A stretch of 63,986 nt of DNA, filler included, from Sphacelaria rigidula (lineage: Eukaryota): NCBI GenBank assembly GCA_964200075.2. It is 3 parts of 3 records of this genome, joined end to end, with 100 filler letters (N's around TTAATTAATTAA, not from the genome) between each part and the next. Parts side by side here need not be neighbours in the genome. Positions count along the whole stretch, not along the records: positions 42,750 to 63,986 come from CAXNAA020000447.1; 2 more parts are not named here. One strand, given 5' to 3'. Each line of letters opens with the position of its first letter. Within the stretch, counting starts at the first letter, position 1. Under the pieces are notes generated by a model that worked only from the letters and a program-made list of their open reading frames with translations, did not search any database and was not told the origin of the DNA. Made by a program: the position numbers and the translations under genes. Shown one piece after another: positions 51,901 through 63,986 of the stretch.

Positions 51901-53554
51901 TACCCAGCAGCCGGCGAGGTAGTGCAGGGACCCAAAGTACGCCCTTCATTGTGACCTTTGCCGGGGCCTCCTTGCCCCGAACGTTCACGTGTAATGGAAT
52001 CTCTCCCATATGCCAGCGCCTGCAGCTGCCTCTTGTTTTCAATCTTACCGCTTCGATTGACCGTACGCGTGTTCCCGAGATCCTCTTCCCACGAAGTCAA
52101 CATGGATATTCGCTCCCGAATCACAAAAACCGATACCTTCATATGTGACTGTTGGTGGACTTCAAAATGGATACTACTCGCCCTGTTTGACTACCACAGA
52201 CATTGTCATGAATGCCCTCGGTCCGTCCCTCCTCTCATTACTTCTGCTGTTTTGTGAAGGAGGTGGGAACATCCGTGCGGGGCTCATCCCCAGCGGTCGT
52301 TTAGCCGGAGGTTTGCCGGTAAGGTAGGAGCGGCATTCCCGCCACCTATGAATTCACTTCAAACAATATGCGTAGTAATTTCCATCGGGCCCCGAGTTGG
52401 CTCCGTTGCCGTTGGTTCTCGATTGGAACTATACTGCCTCGTCAGAGCGTGTCATGTCGGAAATTAGGCATGTTGATGATGCTGCGGCTGCCCGTTTTAG
52501 CTCCTCGCACATCATACCTGGCTGGGTTGTTAGCTGAATAAATACTTGTGGAATCGCCTCCTTGTTCCCGAGCAAAAGGGCTGCTCTCTTAGTCTCCTCG
52601 GCTTTGACGTTCGGGACGACCTCAAATTCACCCCAGCTGGTGTCTAGCTTCGCCACAAAATTTGTAGATCCTTCTTCAAAATTACATTGGAGATCCCACA
52701 GTCTTCGTTCCGATGCAAGTAGTTGCACGGGTCGCTTGTCCTGTGCACGTCTGCCGTGGATCCGTTCGAGCTTCAGCCAGGCTTCCCTGCCGTCGTGTTC
52801 GCATCGTGCGACGATGGCTGCAGCTGACCCTTTCGTATCCTGTGCCGGGAGGAACCACAAGGACTGTGCATTGCGTTGATGCGTTTCGCACTCCCTACGT
52901 TGATCTAGTATTGTCGCTGTCGGAGCGCCCGGTGTGGCGTGATCCGGTTGCAGCAGAGGGTATAGTCTCTTCCCTCCTGGGTATTCTGCGATGAAGAGAC
53001 TCCATGCATCCCATGTTCCTCGCGAGTGCCCACGAGCGCCCGTCCTGGTCAGCAGCTGGCATGGGTCTCCCTCCATACTCCTCGAGGGTCACGAAATTGG
53101 GCACTCGTGAAGTGTTTCATCTGGCCGTGGTGTGTTTCCTCGCGGTGCACCGTTTATGGCGGAGCAAGACAATCGTCACGTGAGATCTGACTAGGTTTAG
53201 CAGACGACCGACCCGCATAGGGCACAGCATCATCATAGATTTACTGTTTCTCCGGAGGTCACCCGGTAGTCTAGTGCTCACCTTTATCTGGACCTGCTCT
53301 CTGAACCTCAACCCTGAACTCCAAATATAAGACTTTCAATATGTAGCTGCATAGATTTTCTGGGTCGGCTGCATCGCACTTGCTACAGTACTGGTTCCCG
53401 AATCCTTCCTGTTGATACCTTGTACAGAACCACACTGGCTGTAGTACTGGTTCCTGAACCGTTCCTGCTGATGCCTTCTACTAAACCGTACTGGCTCTTA
53501 CCAGACCGGTTGACTACATGCCTGAAACTCTTGCTTAAGATCTATGTCCAATGC
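48985..53554 (-). mobile_element. Decayed Ty1/copia LTR retrotransposon in intron 2, most of RT missing
   Basis: Diverged direct repeats at ~48985-49795 (SINE-interrupted) and ~53115-53554. Gag-like DGREAWLKLERIHG, then WHDIFVHV, integrase VHTDL...KYFQVFVDE and LRTWGSACFVH, in copia order. Outer boundaries are approximate. Confidence 0.88.
49385..49748 (-). mobile_element. tRNA-derived SINE, full length, inserted in the copia LTR
   Basis: Minus-strand head GGTCGCCCCGGTGGCTTAGTTGG...GATTCGAATC. TGACTG is present on both flanks and LTR homology resumes after the insertion. Confidence 0.88.
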
Positions 53555-53711
53555 ATAGTTTGCACAAGTGCGAGCTTGGTCCGGCGAAAACCCGACGTGC
53601 TCCGTCCCGACCTTGTAGGGATGCGAGGTCAATGGTGACATGACTCCGGCATGCGAGATCATCAGTACCCCCCCCCCCTCCTCTCCATCGGGCCGCCTCC
53701 GTTGCGCGCAG

Positions 53712-53981
53712 ATACGGTCGAGACTCCATCCCCACGATGACTGAAAGGAACGAGGCATGGGAAACGGAACGACGAGAAAAACTGGCGAAGTCATCGGGAA
53801 GCGGGTGGGGAGGAGGTGACGTGACGAGCGAGTTCAAGTCACATCATTTTTCTGCCGAGAGTTTGTCAAATGGACGATTCCGCGGCAGCTCGGTGCACGG
53901 GGCGGATGATGATAACGGTGGCGAACGCGGCGGGGCTATGTATGAAAGAGCGGTCGAGTACACCAGAATGATAGAAGAACG
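53712..53981 (+). CDS. Two-WW-domain protein, exon 3 of 4
   Basis: CAG acceptor and CG|GTGAG donor. Phases fit exons 2 and 4. Confidence 0.75.
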
Positions 53982-55154
53982 GTGAGACCAGTTTTGCGCA
54001 CTCGTGTTGTTCACTAGAAAAGCAGGTGTGAAACAAGTGTATACAGCAGGCCAAAAAGTACCGAGTAAAATGTTTGTTGGACATTATCTCCTGTTTCAGG
54101 AGGTAGATCTGGATCATAGATCTCTGCAGAACGTAGACGGTGAAGTATACCGCTGTGCATCGATTCGCCGATACGCGGTATCCTTCGTCAATATATAGTA
54201 TTTCGTAGTTGGCATCCTTGGCTCGAACATACGTCATCAAACTACCCCGCAATACATCGAGAAACACTGCGTGCGTGGCATACTATATGGTATACCCTTG
54301 CCCCTGGATTCGCCGAAAATGTGCCACTCAGGCCCATTATTGTCGACCCTGCTTCTCTCGGACATTTGAGAATTTGTCAGACTTTTCGAACTCTGCGTTC
54401 AGACTTCTCTCGAAACGAAGCGGCTTGAATTTTCTCCAAGGTTTCATCTTTGGAGAAATCGGAAAAATTCAAGCCGCTCTGTATATACGCCGTGGCGCTC
54501 GCGAGCGTTCGGCAGTCATCAGTTAGTTGCCTTGCCAATCCCGAGAAATTCGGACATCTCCGCAAAACAGTGTCGATAATCATGGGTCTTAGAATGAGCG
54601 TCAGCATCGAACTGGACTTTCGCAAGCTATTCTTTTTGGAGACTTTAAATCAACCGCCTTGGTAGAGTAACACGTTCGAGTGTATGCATCGCCGGTACAC
54701 GTTTCTCTCCTCTACTTGTGTCTCGGTTCGTCGCATCACCGAGTACACTGTAGGGTACCACTCCCAGACACACGAAACAACTCGCAAGTACCTGGTAACC
54801 CCAAATCAAATGCTCAAGCGACGACCGTCGACGTGTCTCAGACACGACGTCGTGTGTTCGACACGGAGTACTACGGTATGTGACCTGAGTCCCTCACTTC
54901 ATCTCTTTACATGGATGATTATTCCTGTGCTCAAGTAAGGTGACCAATACACGACGGTAGAGTTGCGTGCACATAACTTGTATGTTCAGGAAGCGAACAG
55001 TTTACCCATTGAACTAGTGAGCGCCGCTGATTGCTTTGTCTAGTGGTGAAATTCCTCCAACAAACATAGTACCTCTGACTCGCATATCCGACAGCCCTCG
55101 CAGACATGAATTCACCGCGTCTTCTGTTGCCGTGCCTTTCACGGATGTCCTCAG

Positions 55155-55791
55155 AGTAAGAGAAGAGAGGAAAATGCGGAGAGAGCACGAAATGATCGGG
55201 TGCACGTTCAGTCCCGAGTTGTTCACGAGGCGTGCTCGGCGCCGCAATAATGTCCTCGAGGGCGGCGATAATTCGAAACTGCAGGGGGCAGTAAGCTCTT
55301 CCACAGAGGAGCAACGACACAGCCAAGAGGATGACAGTAGCAGCGGTAACAGAAGCCGCAATAACAACAGCTTTCTCGCGCCGAGCTCCTACCAATCGGG
55401 GTCGATATCTTCTGAAGATTCGGTGTATCGCCATCACGTTAGAACGGGACCTGTATCATCGCAGGCCATCAGTACCGGTCATCGCGTGCCGTCTAGAGCC
55501 GTGAGGGACAGCATCAACAATAATAATAGTGGGAGAAATAGCGGTTGTAGTCGAGTACCATATCCTGGGTTAATAGAGAGTCGCGGCGGCAGCCGCAGTA
55601 GTGTAGAAACGCCCGTACCGATGGCAACTGGGGGGCAAGAAAAGAGGCAACGGCGGCCCGCCCCGTTGCCTCAAGGGTGGTCTATGTTCACCGCGCCCGA
55701 GGGGCGGCAATATTTCCATAACGAGGTGACGGGTTTAGTGCAGTGGGAGTGGCCGAGGGCGCAGGATCACCGATATCGTAGTACAAGTTAA
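55155..55791 (+). CDS. Two-WW-domain protein, exon 4 of 4
   Basis: GCTFSPEL motif and C-terminal WW domain PLPQGWSMFTAPEGRQYFHNEVTGLVQWEWP. TAA stop. The joined CDS is 3393 nt (1130 aa). Confidence 0.82.
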
Positions 55792-56466
55792 CCGTGCACT
55801 CGATACACTCGGGTGAACACCAAGTACTCGCAATGGTAGTTGCGGCAGGTGCTGTTTTCTCACGAGACGGGGAAAGGCTGACGCCAAAGCAAACACACAC
55901 ACGCGCACACCAATACCTGAAGAGGCAATCTCCGACCCGAAGAGATGAAACCACCACGAGCACGAGAATACATGATACAGTGATTTGATCGTCGACGAGT
56001 TTTCGAGACTACTGCTGCTGTTGTCTTCGACAAGCAGGCTGAACGGACTCAATATCTCGACCAATAGGGTCGGCTTCCCAGCCTCAGCGTCCTTGCGCGG
56101 TACCTTTTACTCATCACTTTATCGACACATTTTCAACCTACTCCCTTCCTCGCGGTCGGGCCAGTCGTCTCAAGGGATGGACGTTCGTCTCTCCCGATAC
56201 CTTGCCCTGGACGTACACGTTACTGTCGAACATTGGATCGGTACTCGCGAAGCCATCGATCGGCTGCCATCTAATTGTTTTGCCAACCGTCGTGCAAACG
56301 TTTTCGGACGACGGAGACCAGCAAAAAAGGACACGCTTGACATTAAGGCTGATGCTACGGCCAGGATTCGAACTGACAAAATCCGACCAAACTACCGTTG
56401 ATGTACCAGCTCCGTCACCGGGGCTCGGGGTTGAGTTCGATCCATGGAATACCGAGAGACATCAAT

Positions 56467-56672
56467 TCAAGGGCAGGTGAGTAGAGTATACTCCATTGCG
56501 GGGTATTTTGAAAGAGATAATTGAGGTAGTCAAATTACGGTAGGGTGTTAGGAGTCGTACCCCAAAAATAGCTGGAAAGCGATCCTTAAAACCCCACCCC
56601 CAATTTGTGTAACTTCAAGTACGACTTTCAAAATACCCCGCAATTGAGTATACGCTAGTCGACCTGCCCTTG
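56467..56672. mobile_element. Small MITE-like inverted repeat
   Basis: CAAGGGCAGGT...ATTGCGGGGTATTTTGAAAG pairs with CTTTCAAAATACCCCGCAAT...ACCTGCCCTTG. Confidence 0.75.
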
Positions 56673-56870
56673 CCTCAATTCACCCGCTCTGGGGACCCAG
56701 TCAAGTCTCGATTTCCATGCTGCGTGCCAAGAAGGACAAGATATCGTTTATACTGGAAAGCAGCGGGACAATCAATTCATCCGCGCGTTGGGTACCAAGT
56801 CTCAACTTACATGATGGACCGCAAGAAGAATATGTCGTAAACTCTGGAAGCAGTAATGTTGACACTTGGT

Positions 56871-57313
56871 AACAGCCGATCATCGAAATTCAGGATGGAG
56901 CTTTCCATTGAGGATGAGAACCTGGAGGACTAAAATCTTCGTGTCTACACCAAATCTTCGAAATATGGTTATATTCCTTCACCTACTGGTAGCTATTGAC
57001 AAGTGCTATACGCCACACAAAATTTTATTTCGATTGCCGAAGTGTTGGGGTCCTAGGTGAAAAACAGTTTCGGGGAATTTCGGTGATCCGATCAGATCAA
57101 TTAAGTTCGCCATAATTGTTTTTTCATCTAGGACCTCACCATTTCCGTGATCGAAATCCAAATTTGTAGGGCGTGTTGCAGTCGTCGATAGCCACCAGTA
57201 GGTGAAGGAATGGAACCATATTTCGAAGATTTGGTGTGGATACGAAGATGTTTATCCTCCGGGTTCTTATCCTGAATGAAAAGCTCCATCCTCAATTTCG
57301 GTGATCGTCTGTT
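56871..57313. mobile_element. Foldback palindromic element with ~190-bp arms
   Basis: For example ACACCAAATCTTCGAAATATGGTT and TTCCTTCACCTACTGGT have reverse complements in the right arm. Confidence 0.8.
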
Positions 57314-58972
57314 GAGTGTCCTGGAACAGGGTGCAGGCGACCAACGTCCATTGATAGAATCTCAAGGTGGGTGGACGTATAGTCCACATAATTGATTCGC
57401 GTCAAGGGCGCTACGCCGAAAAACCCACTTCGATTTGAAGGCCGTTCCGTCATCGAACCCACGCTCGGCATAGTGTATCGCTATATGCGTATCCGAGCTG
57501 TCACGACCGGATGGTAACACTCCTTCGCGGTTCCATTTTTTCCCCACAGCACCCTTGGAGGCCGAAAGTGCACTCGAGCCTCACCGAGCACATACTTCGA
57601 GGTACTCGGTTGCGGGAAAGTCGATACATCGTAAGCAAATACACCGTCAAGAAATACCCTTGAACATGTGTAGCATTGAAGACTTGCCAGGTACAACGTA
57701 TCGTATTGCGCACACACCTACCATGAAGTACTACCGAATGGCACAACAAAATATCAACCTCTATCGCACTGTAAAAGTGCACCACAGTCAAGAGGCAGGG
57801 AGCACGACGACCACTCCGAAACTACACTGAACGACGCACGCGACATCAACGGCAATCAAACCCTTCCGCAGCGCTACAGTATAAACTCCTGTTCCAGGGG
57901 GCATTTGACCAACCCCGATTCAAACAAGACCCAGAAAAAACAAGATATCATCGTATTTAAATAGATTTAAATCACCTTCATGCAGAGTCAGGGGGGCAGC
58001 ATCAACCCCGCACGCAATAAGCAACACGAGGAGAAATACACACACTAAACGTTCAACGAAATGTAAGCTAAAGAAAAAGCAGACATTTCTCCACGTAGGA
58101 TGCCCTGCTTCACAGGGGACACGTGGCTACCGAGACTTGGAATATGTCGAGTCTGAACAAGCATTTCAAAATGTCCAAGTCAGCGGGACGGTTTTCACAT
58201 GGAAAAATTGCCGCACTACAGAAATCAACAGCGAGTCCCAGCAGTAAGAGGTACTAAACGAGGAACAATTCAAAATAACGTACGGCCTTGCAAAACGGCT
58301 TGCGTCTTACGCAGAGCACAACATCCAACAGTACAGTATTACGTTCAAGGACTACGCACATGACGAAGAGAAAATACATGTGTCTTCAAGACACGACAAT
58401 TTTTTTCGCTTCACGTCTGATGAAAAATGCCAGCATCACCCCTGCAATCGATCCTGATGGTGTTGTAAACGACAACCCTATGGGCATACAGTACACTTCG
58501 AAGCAGCAGGCCTAGCTCAACACGTCCATTCCGCTACGAATGGCTGAAATAACGCCAGCAACTGGACGCACTCTGGATCCTACGCTGCGACTAGAACGGC
58601 TCACGAGTGTTTGCCTCGCATACCCTGATACCAGCCTACGAGGCAAAACAGAACAGTCGGGCGTGTTTCTTCTCCACAGGCCGTCCGTCCAACGCCTGTG
58701 GTAAACATTACGACACCCGAAACTCGCGTCTGTGTACGCACCCTACGGCAGTGCCACCACTCCTGTACGAACACAAATCAAAAGCGTATATTTTACGCGC
58801 TGTTGAAAAATATCTCGGGGGGAGTCCTTTCGCACAGTGCACAACACACACCCATATCTGAGACACTTGCTCATCTTGTAGCACTGGAGCAACCGCTCCA
58901 GCCATCGGAGCACAGCATGCACGTACACACATTCTACACACTGACAATGGCGCACCTACTTGCATTTCTATT

Positions 58973-59488
58973 TCACGTATTCTTCACTTTTGTTTTTGGT
59001 GCTTCACGACAATCCTCATCACCCGTCGCTGCCGCTACGTCTTCGCCATGTATCAATTTATTTCGAATATCACGTCCCCACCAAAACCTAGCTATTCGCG
59101 GCGATACCATGATGGTCAAAATCGCACGCAGAGGCCCCGTACAGGTGGTGAGCCCCCACGCAACGGCCAAATTTCCCGCCGAAGGATGCGGCATGTTGTC
59201 CGCGATGATTGGCACGGTGGCAAGCAGAGATTGTACGTCAAACCCGTAGTCAGCTACGGCGTAAAAGCCTCCTAGGGTGGATAGGAAAACCGTGGAGTGG
59301 AAGGCGAGGGCGATGGGGCCGTACCGCTTCATGAGTCGCTTCAGCTCTCGCTTAGACATCATTTTGCGCAAGTACGGCCACCAGCTCGTAGATGACTTGG
59401 GCGCTCTTTTTGATGATGGGGCGCTGCGTGGTGACGGTGCCGAGGACAGCTGTTGCTGCTCAGCCTGCGCGTTTTTATACGATTGCAT
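58973..59488 (-). CDS. FAM210/DUF1279-family membrane protein
   Basis: LKRLMKRYGPIALAFH...FYAVADYGFDV...AGNLAVAW...PLRAILTIMVSPRIAR matches the DUF1279 pattern. The start codon is uncertain. Confidence 0.8.
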   Translation of the reverse strand: MQSYKNAQAEQQQLSSAPSPRSAPSSKRAPKSSTSWWPYLRKMMSKRELKRLMKRYGPIALAFHSTVFLSTLGGFYAVADYGFDVQSLLATVPIIADNMPHPSAGNLAVAWGLTTCTGPLRAILTIMVSPRIARFWWGRDIRNKLIHGEDVAAATGDEDCREAPKTKVKNT

Positions 59489-59892
59489 GTTTACACGAAA
59501 GGGGAGGGGGGAAACGTTTCGAATGTGTCCGTCTCGCTGTCTATTTGTTGTTCATTTTTTCAAAGTCAAAAGTCATTGCACCGACAGCAACAGTCTCTCG
59601 TCGCTGTGCTGTCTCTAGATCGGTTTAATTTTCGGGTTTTTTTGTCCACCTGTCTTTGTGGATTACCACCAAATGCTCCTAGTTGATTATCGCTATCGAT
59701 ACGTGTGGAACTCACATTTGCATGTATTAAAGATTTGCCCGTCAATATGAAGAAACACTGCTCTACATGTCTTCTATGCATATCACGTTCTAATACTCCC
59801 CTTTCATTTTGGTTTCAGTAATGGCGCGTGTTTCATAGGGTTTCAGGCTAAATGTATTTCGGGTGTGTGGACGGCCTTGCTCCGCATATGTA

Positions 59893-60005
59893 TGTTGTGT
59901 GTTGTCGTCCCATCTATTCTGGGCGCCGGTCTACACCGTTCGGTATATGTGGGCGCACCAGCCGGGGTCAACACACGAGCCTTTTTTTTAGTACCCCATC
60001 TTCCT
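59893..60005 (-). mobile_element. SINE 3' fragment with internal deletion
   Basis: GTCGTCCCATCTATTCTGGGCGCCGGTCTACACC...CAGCCGGGGTCA matches the SINE family. Confidence 0.75.
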
Positions 60006-61721
60006 CATATACACTATTATACCGTAATTCCGTATAATCAACAAAATTACAATACTTTGAATGGATACAAATTCCTCCCGGAGGTGTTCAACACACGCGA
60101 CCGACGCGTCGGCGAGAACAAAATGTCATGCCGCCTGTCTGATGACCACGATTGGCCGGACTCGGCACACAATCAGTGAGTGCCCACTTTCCGAGGTCCA
60201 AACTTCTAACCAGAGCCAACGCACAGTACCTGAAAGCGGGGGTCCTTGAGCGTTTCTGCTTCGCCGCGGCGAGTCACAGGCGACATCGCCGTAGCCGCTG
60301 CCGCCGTCAAAACTGGCTCCCTTCTAGGTGGTCGTGTTCGGCAAGAGTCCGGCACTTTCAGCTTCGCCTCCGGACTAGAGGAAAACGGCTTTCCACGCGT
60401 CTCGAATCCCAAGCCGCGATGCGATGAGCAAGGTTTCCGTGTTGTTATGGGGTGCTGCAACAGGCGGCCACCGTTTACCGCGGACATGAAGGGAGGGCCC
60501 TGTCGCCATCGCCAAATCGATAACCTGCCGGAATATACAAGAGAGGGGTCAGATGATACTGTACCGGTTGCTGCAGGGTACATACGCCGCTACGTTGTGA
60601 TTCGAGGCCGCTTATTGTGCTACGAAGAACGAAGTCAGTTTCAGAGGACTTTCTGGTTGTTCAAATGGGACATGTTTCTCCAACATCGTTTCTTGTGGGA
60701 CGTCTTCTCCGAAAAATATATATTTTCAGAAATGAAGACTTACCAACCGAAAAGTCGTTTGATACATGATCGTTTGAGAAATGCCCCCGCTCTCTACATT
60801 AAATCAGAGCTGTTTTGAGGAAATGATCTAGACGATATAGCCGAACACGCCTCCATATGCACGCGGCGGGTTAGGAATGTCGAGTCTCGAGACGGTGTAG
60901 GTTCAACGAGGATCGCGAAACAGTTGTGCACCACCTCCAAGACGACATGGCACCGTGATAAATCAGATGACCATTGCTGACAACATCACACCAGTGATGG
61001 CAAGGAATCATCGGGTACTGACAGTTCGATATTTCCGACGACGAATGAACGGTTACTTCGGCGCTGCTTCTTGTCCTCGCGATGCATTATCTGATAGTTA
61101 TGCCATAGTTCCTCTGTGCGACATCACGCACGTGCTATTCTGCCCCCTACACTGTTCGCGTGTACTCTGCATGTCTGTAGGCCATGATCATGTATAACCT
61201 CGCCTCCGAAAAGCTCCGCCTACAGTTGGCGTGCAAAACTTGAACTCCATAAGGAGTGGTTTTCAAAAAAGGCTGATCGCAACGAGCAGCACGGCAGCAG
61301 CGGTAGCAGTTAATGTATGTTATATGTACAAGCTACAGACAGTACAGCTGTCTATACCACGTTGCTCTGTACCGCCCCCGCAGCGACCCAACGACTCCAA
61401 CCACAGGCACGGCTTGCCTCACGTACGAGACACGGCGCCGCAGGTCTTCCTTCCAGGAGCGCGTCTCAACAACGAAAACTGCCCACTACAACATCGTTGC
61501 AGAACTGCACACAAAGCGGTGGGTAGTGGGTTTTGGATCTTGAGTATTATGTTGTCACAGAGTACTGTAGTAGCACGCTAACGCTACAAAAGTAAAGAGA
61601 AGCAGACTGCACTACATCGCATGTATACACTACGGCCAAGCACATCACAATACACCACATCACGGCGAAGCGAAGCACGGCAAAGCACGGCAAAGTACAG
61701 CGAAGTGCAGAAAAACACAGT

Positions 61722-62100
61722 AAAGTGGCGGCGGCGGCGCGGCGGGGTTTTTTCTTGCTTCCTTCTCCACGGAGTGGAGTGGCGGGGGTGGCGATGGCGC
61801 GCAGCAGGTCTGTTCGCCGGTTCTCGGTGGGGTGGAGATGAAGTCATGGCGACGCGCAGCGGGTCTGTTCGCTGGTTCTCCACGAAGTGGAGGTAAAGGG
61901 GTGGCGGTAGCGCGGAGCGGTTTATTGCTGTGGATTCTCGGTGGAGCGGAGGCGCAGGGGTGGCGGCGGCGCGCAGTGGGTTTGTTTGTCGGTCTCCCTT
62001 GGAATGGACGTGTAGGGATGGCGGCGGCGCGCAGTGGGTTTGTCAGTTGTCCGTAGAGTGGAGGTGTGACGGCGGCGGCGGGGCGTATCGGGTTTGGGCT
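61722..62100. repeat. GC-rich minisatellite, ~55-60-bp unit, about 6-7 diverged copies
   Basis: Recurring GTGGCGGCGGCGCGCAG(C/T)GGGT(T/C)TGTT...GTGGA units. Confidence 0.75.
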
Positions 62101-63919
62101 CCTGCCCTGGACAGTCTTTGCAAGGGCTATGAAGATGATGGGGTCAGCCGACAGAGATATCCCACCCAAGAGACGTACATAGGATTGAGGGTGCCGTCGA
62201 AGGCCTCCCGCCCAGAGGACTTTGCACAATTCAGATTAAAAGTCGGGATTAGATCTATTGGCGTCCCGCCCGGAAGACCTTGTACTGCATTTCTCAAACA
62301 CTTGCAAGGAGCAGCCTGAACATTTGGGAAGGTGACGGGAAATAGACGCTGGTAGAGAGCGTGCTCCGAAGACTGCTACGTAAGTGGCTGATGGCTGAAC
62401 GCCAGGTCGGCTTGGAAGAGCTCAAGTTTGTGCTCTTCTCGAAAATATGAAGCACACAGAGGTGAACGCCACGATGACTCACGGCGACACCACCGTCACA
62501 CTCGACGGCGGTAGCGTGGGTAAAGGCGTCTTCGTGTATGTCGGTGTGTCGGCGAACGGAGGTTCACGCAGTAAGCCAAGTACTCTACACGAAACGCTGC
62601 TCAACTGCGACGCGATGTGGAAACACTCGTTATTTCATAGAACCCTCTGTCCGCTGACTGCAGTGGGCGCTGCCGGAGCGTCCCCCAAAACTTACGCGAA
62701 CATGCGGGGATGATTCTTGTAGTCCTCGTGCTGTCTGAAGCTGTTTGTGTACTGTTTTACACATCCAGGTCAACTGTACCGCAGAACAAAACATGAAAAG
62801 CAGAAAGATCGCCAATAGCTCAGGTCGGGAGACTAACCATCTAGAAAAATCACTTTAGGCGCGCAGATGCATGCTGTGCCATGCTGTACCGTAGTGTCCG
62901 CGGACTGCAGCGTACGCTGCCGGCGTTTCCCTGAAAGCTCCCGCGAGCACGCAAGGACGACTCGTGCTGGTGCTGTGTTCTTCGCAAGTGTTCATCATAT
63001 ACTCAAGTCAACTGTACCACAGAACACATCATGGAACCACAAACGAAACCACAAAAGCTGTCAAAAGCTTAGCTCGGGACAAAAAATGGCCGGAAGGACC
63101 GCTCTGGGCACGCAGGCGCGTGTGTTGTACTATAGTTGATGTATTACGTGTGAGTACAATGGTTGAAATTGGGTTTATTGCGGATTTGGTTCTTGAGGGG
63201 TTCGCGACCTGTACAATCTTGTTCACCCGCCTCATCTGCAAAAAGGCCGCGCCACCAAAGCATCGCGCCGCATGAAATGACGGGTGGAAAACAACATGTC
63301 TTGATGACTTATATCATATGAACAGAAGGTGGGGAACACGTATGTATGATTTGTTCTGCATAAATGAACAGCGGGAAACATGGTCAGTACACTTATCCAT
63401 CTGGTTGATTGGTTGATTGATTGATTGTCGCACTTCAACTGACCCCCCAGGGGTCCAGCCGTGGTGTCGTGATGGACGTACCCAGGAAAACGAGACTGAA
63501 ACACGCTCTGAAGAAAGGAAGGGATAGGAAAAAAAAAATGGTATGAATGGAAGATGGGGAACATGTTCTTATGGTTCATGCCGCATGAAGGGGAACTGGG
63601 AAACATGAACCTGTGATCCATACCATACGAATGGAAAGCAGGAAACATGCACTTTCGGCAGTGTACCGCATGAATCACGAACTGGGAATGTGTGCACTCC
63701 GAATGACGTCGTACGAAACACGGATCCAAAACCCCCAAACATGCACGAATCACAACTTGGGTTTGTTCGCACTTTTTCTCGAAAAATACTCCGATTTTTA
63801 TGACGGTTCCCAAGATTCATCCCCGGAAACAAATCCAGAGTGATACCGCGATAGCCCGCCCCCAAACCAGCCCCAAAACTATCACGAAGAGAATTGCTAT
63901 ATTTATACCGCGAATGATA

Positions 63920-63986
63920 CGAGCTGGGCCAGCCTAAAAACGGATTTAAGCTCTACAAGCAATATCTCATCGACGCAGACGAGTTG
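63920..63986. mobile_element. Start of a TA-flanked TIR element, running off the window
   Basis: TA followed by CGAGCTGGGCCAGCC. Inverted match to ~22277-22355. Confidence 0.7.

Noticed and set aside
60246..60818. 190-aa ORF containing PH-like RRYVVIRGRLLCYEE
   Set aside because: Only a short motif, a non-ATG start, and the rest of a PH domain is not evident.
61660..62229. 189-aa repetitive ORF
   Set aside because: Translation of a GC-rich minisatellite.

Overview
Eukaryotic, repeat-rich genomic DNA, most likely from a brown alga or related stramenopile (inferred from long GT-AG introns, a bipartite plastid-type presequence and gene content). It comes from a scaffolded assembly with two 100-bp N-TTAATTAATTAA-N linkers. 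Well-supported genes: a 5-exon glutamyl-tRNA reductase (hemA, 23293-31692 +, 602 aa); an intronless COX5B-like gene (44509-44979 -); a divergently oriented 4-exon gene for a ~1130-aa protein with two WW domains and TFxP/ERLY-type motifs (45777-55791 +); a FAM210/DUF1279-like gene (58973-59488 -); and the terminal exon of a gene with a PDZ-like C-terminus (37408-38130 -). The rest is decayed mobile DNA: a LINE fragment, a Ty3/gypsy gag-protease remnant, two deleted LTR elements (one clearly copia), a tRNA-derived SINE family with (CA)n tails, several foldback/MITE families and a 4-kb nest of TIR elements. I found no convincing wholly new biological system. The best leads are the hAT-like element carrying non-transposase cargo, the 5'-inverted SINE, the cysteine-free COX5B and the two-WW protein.
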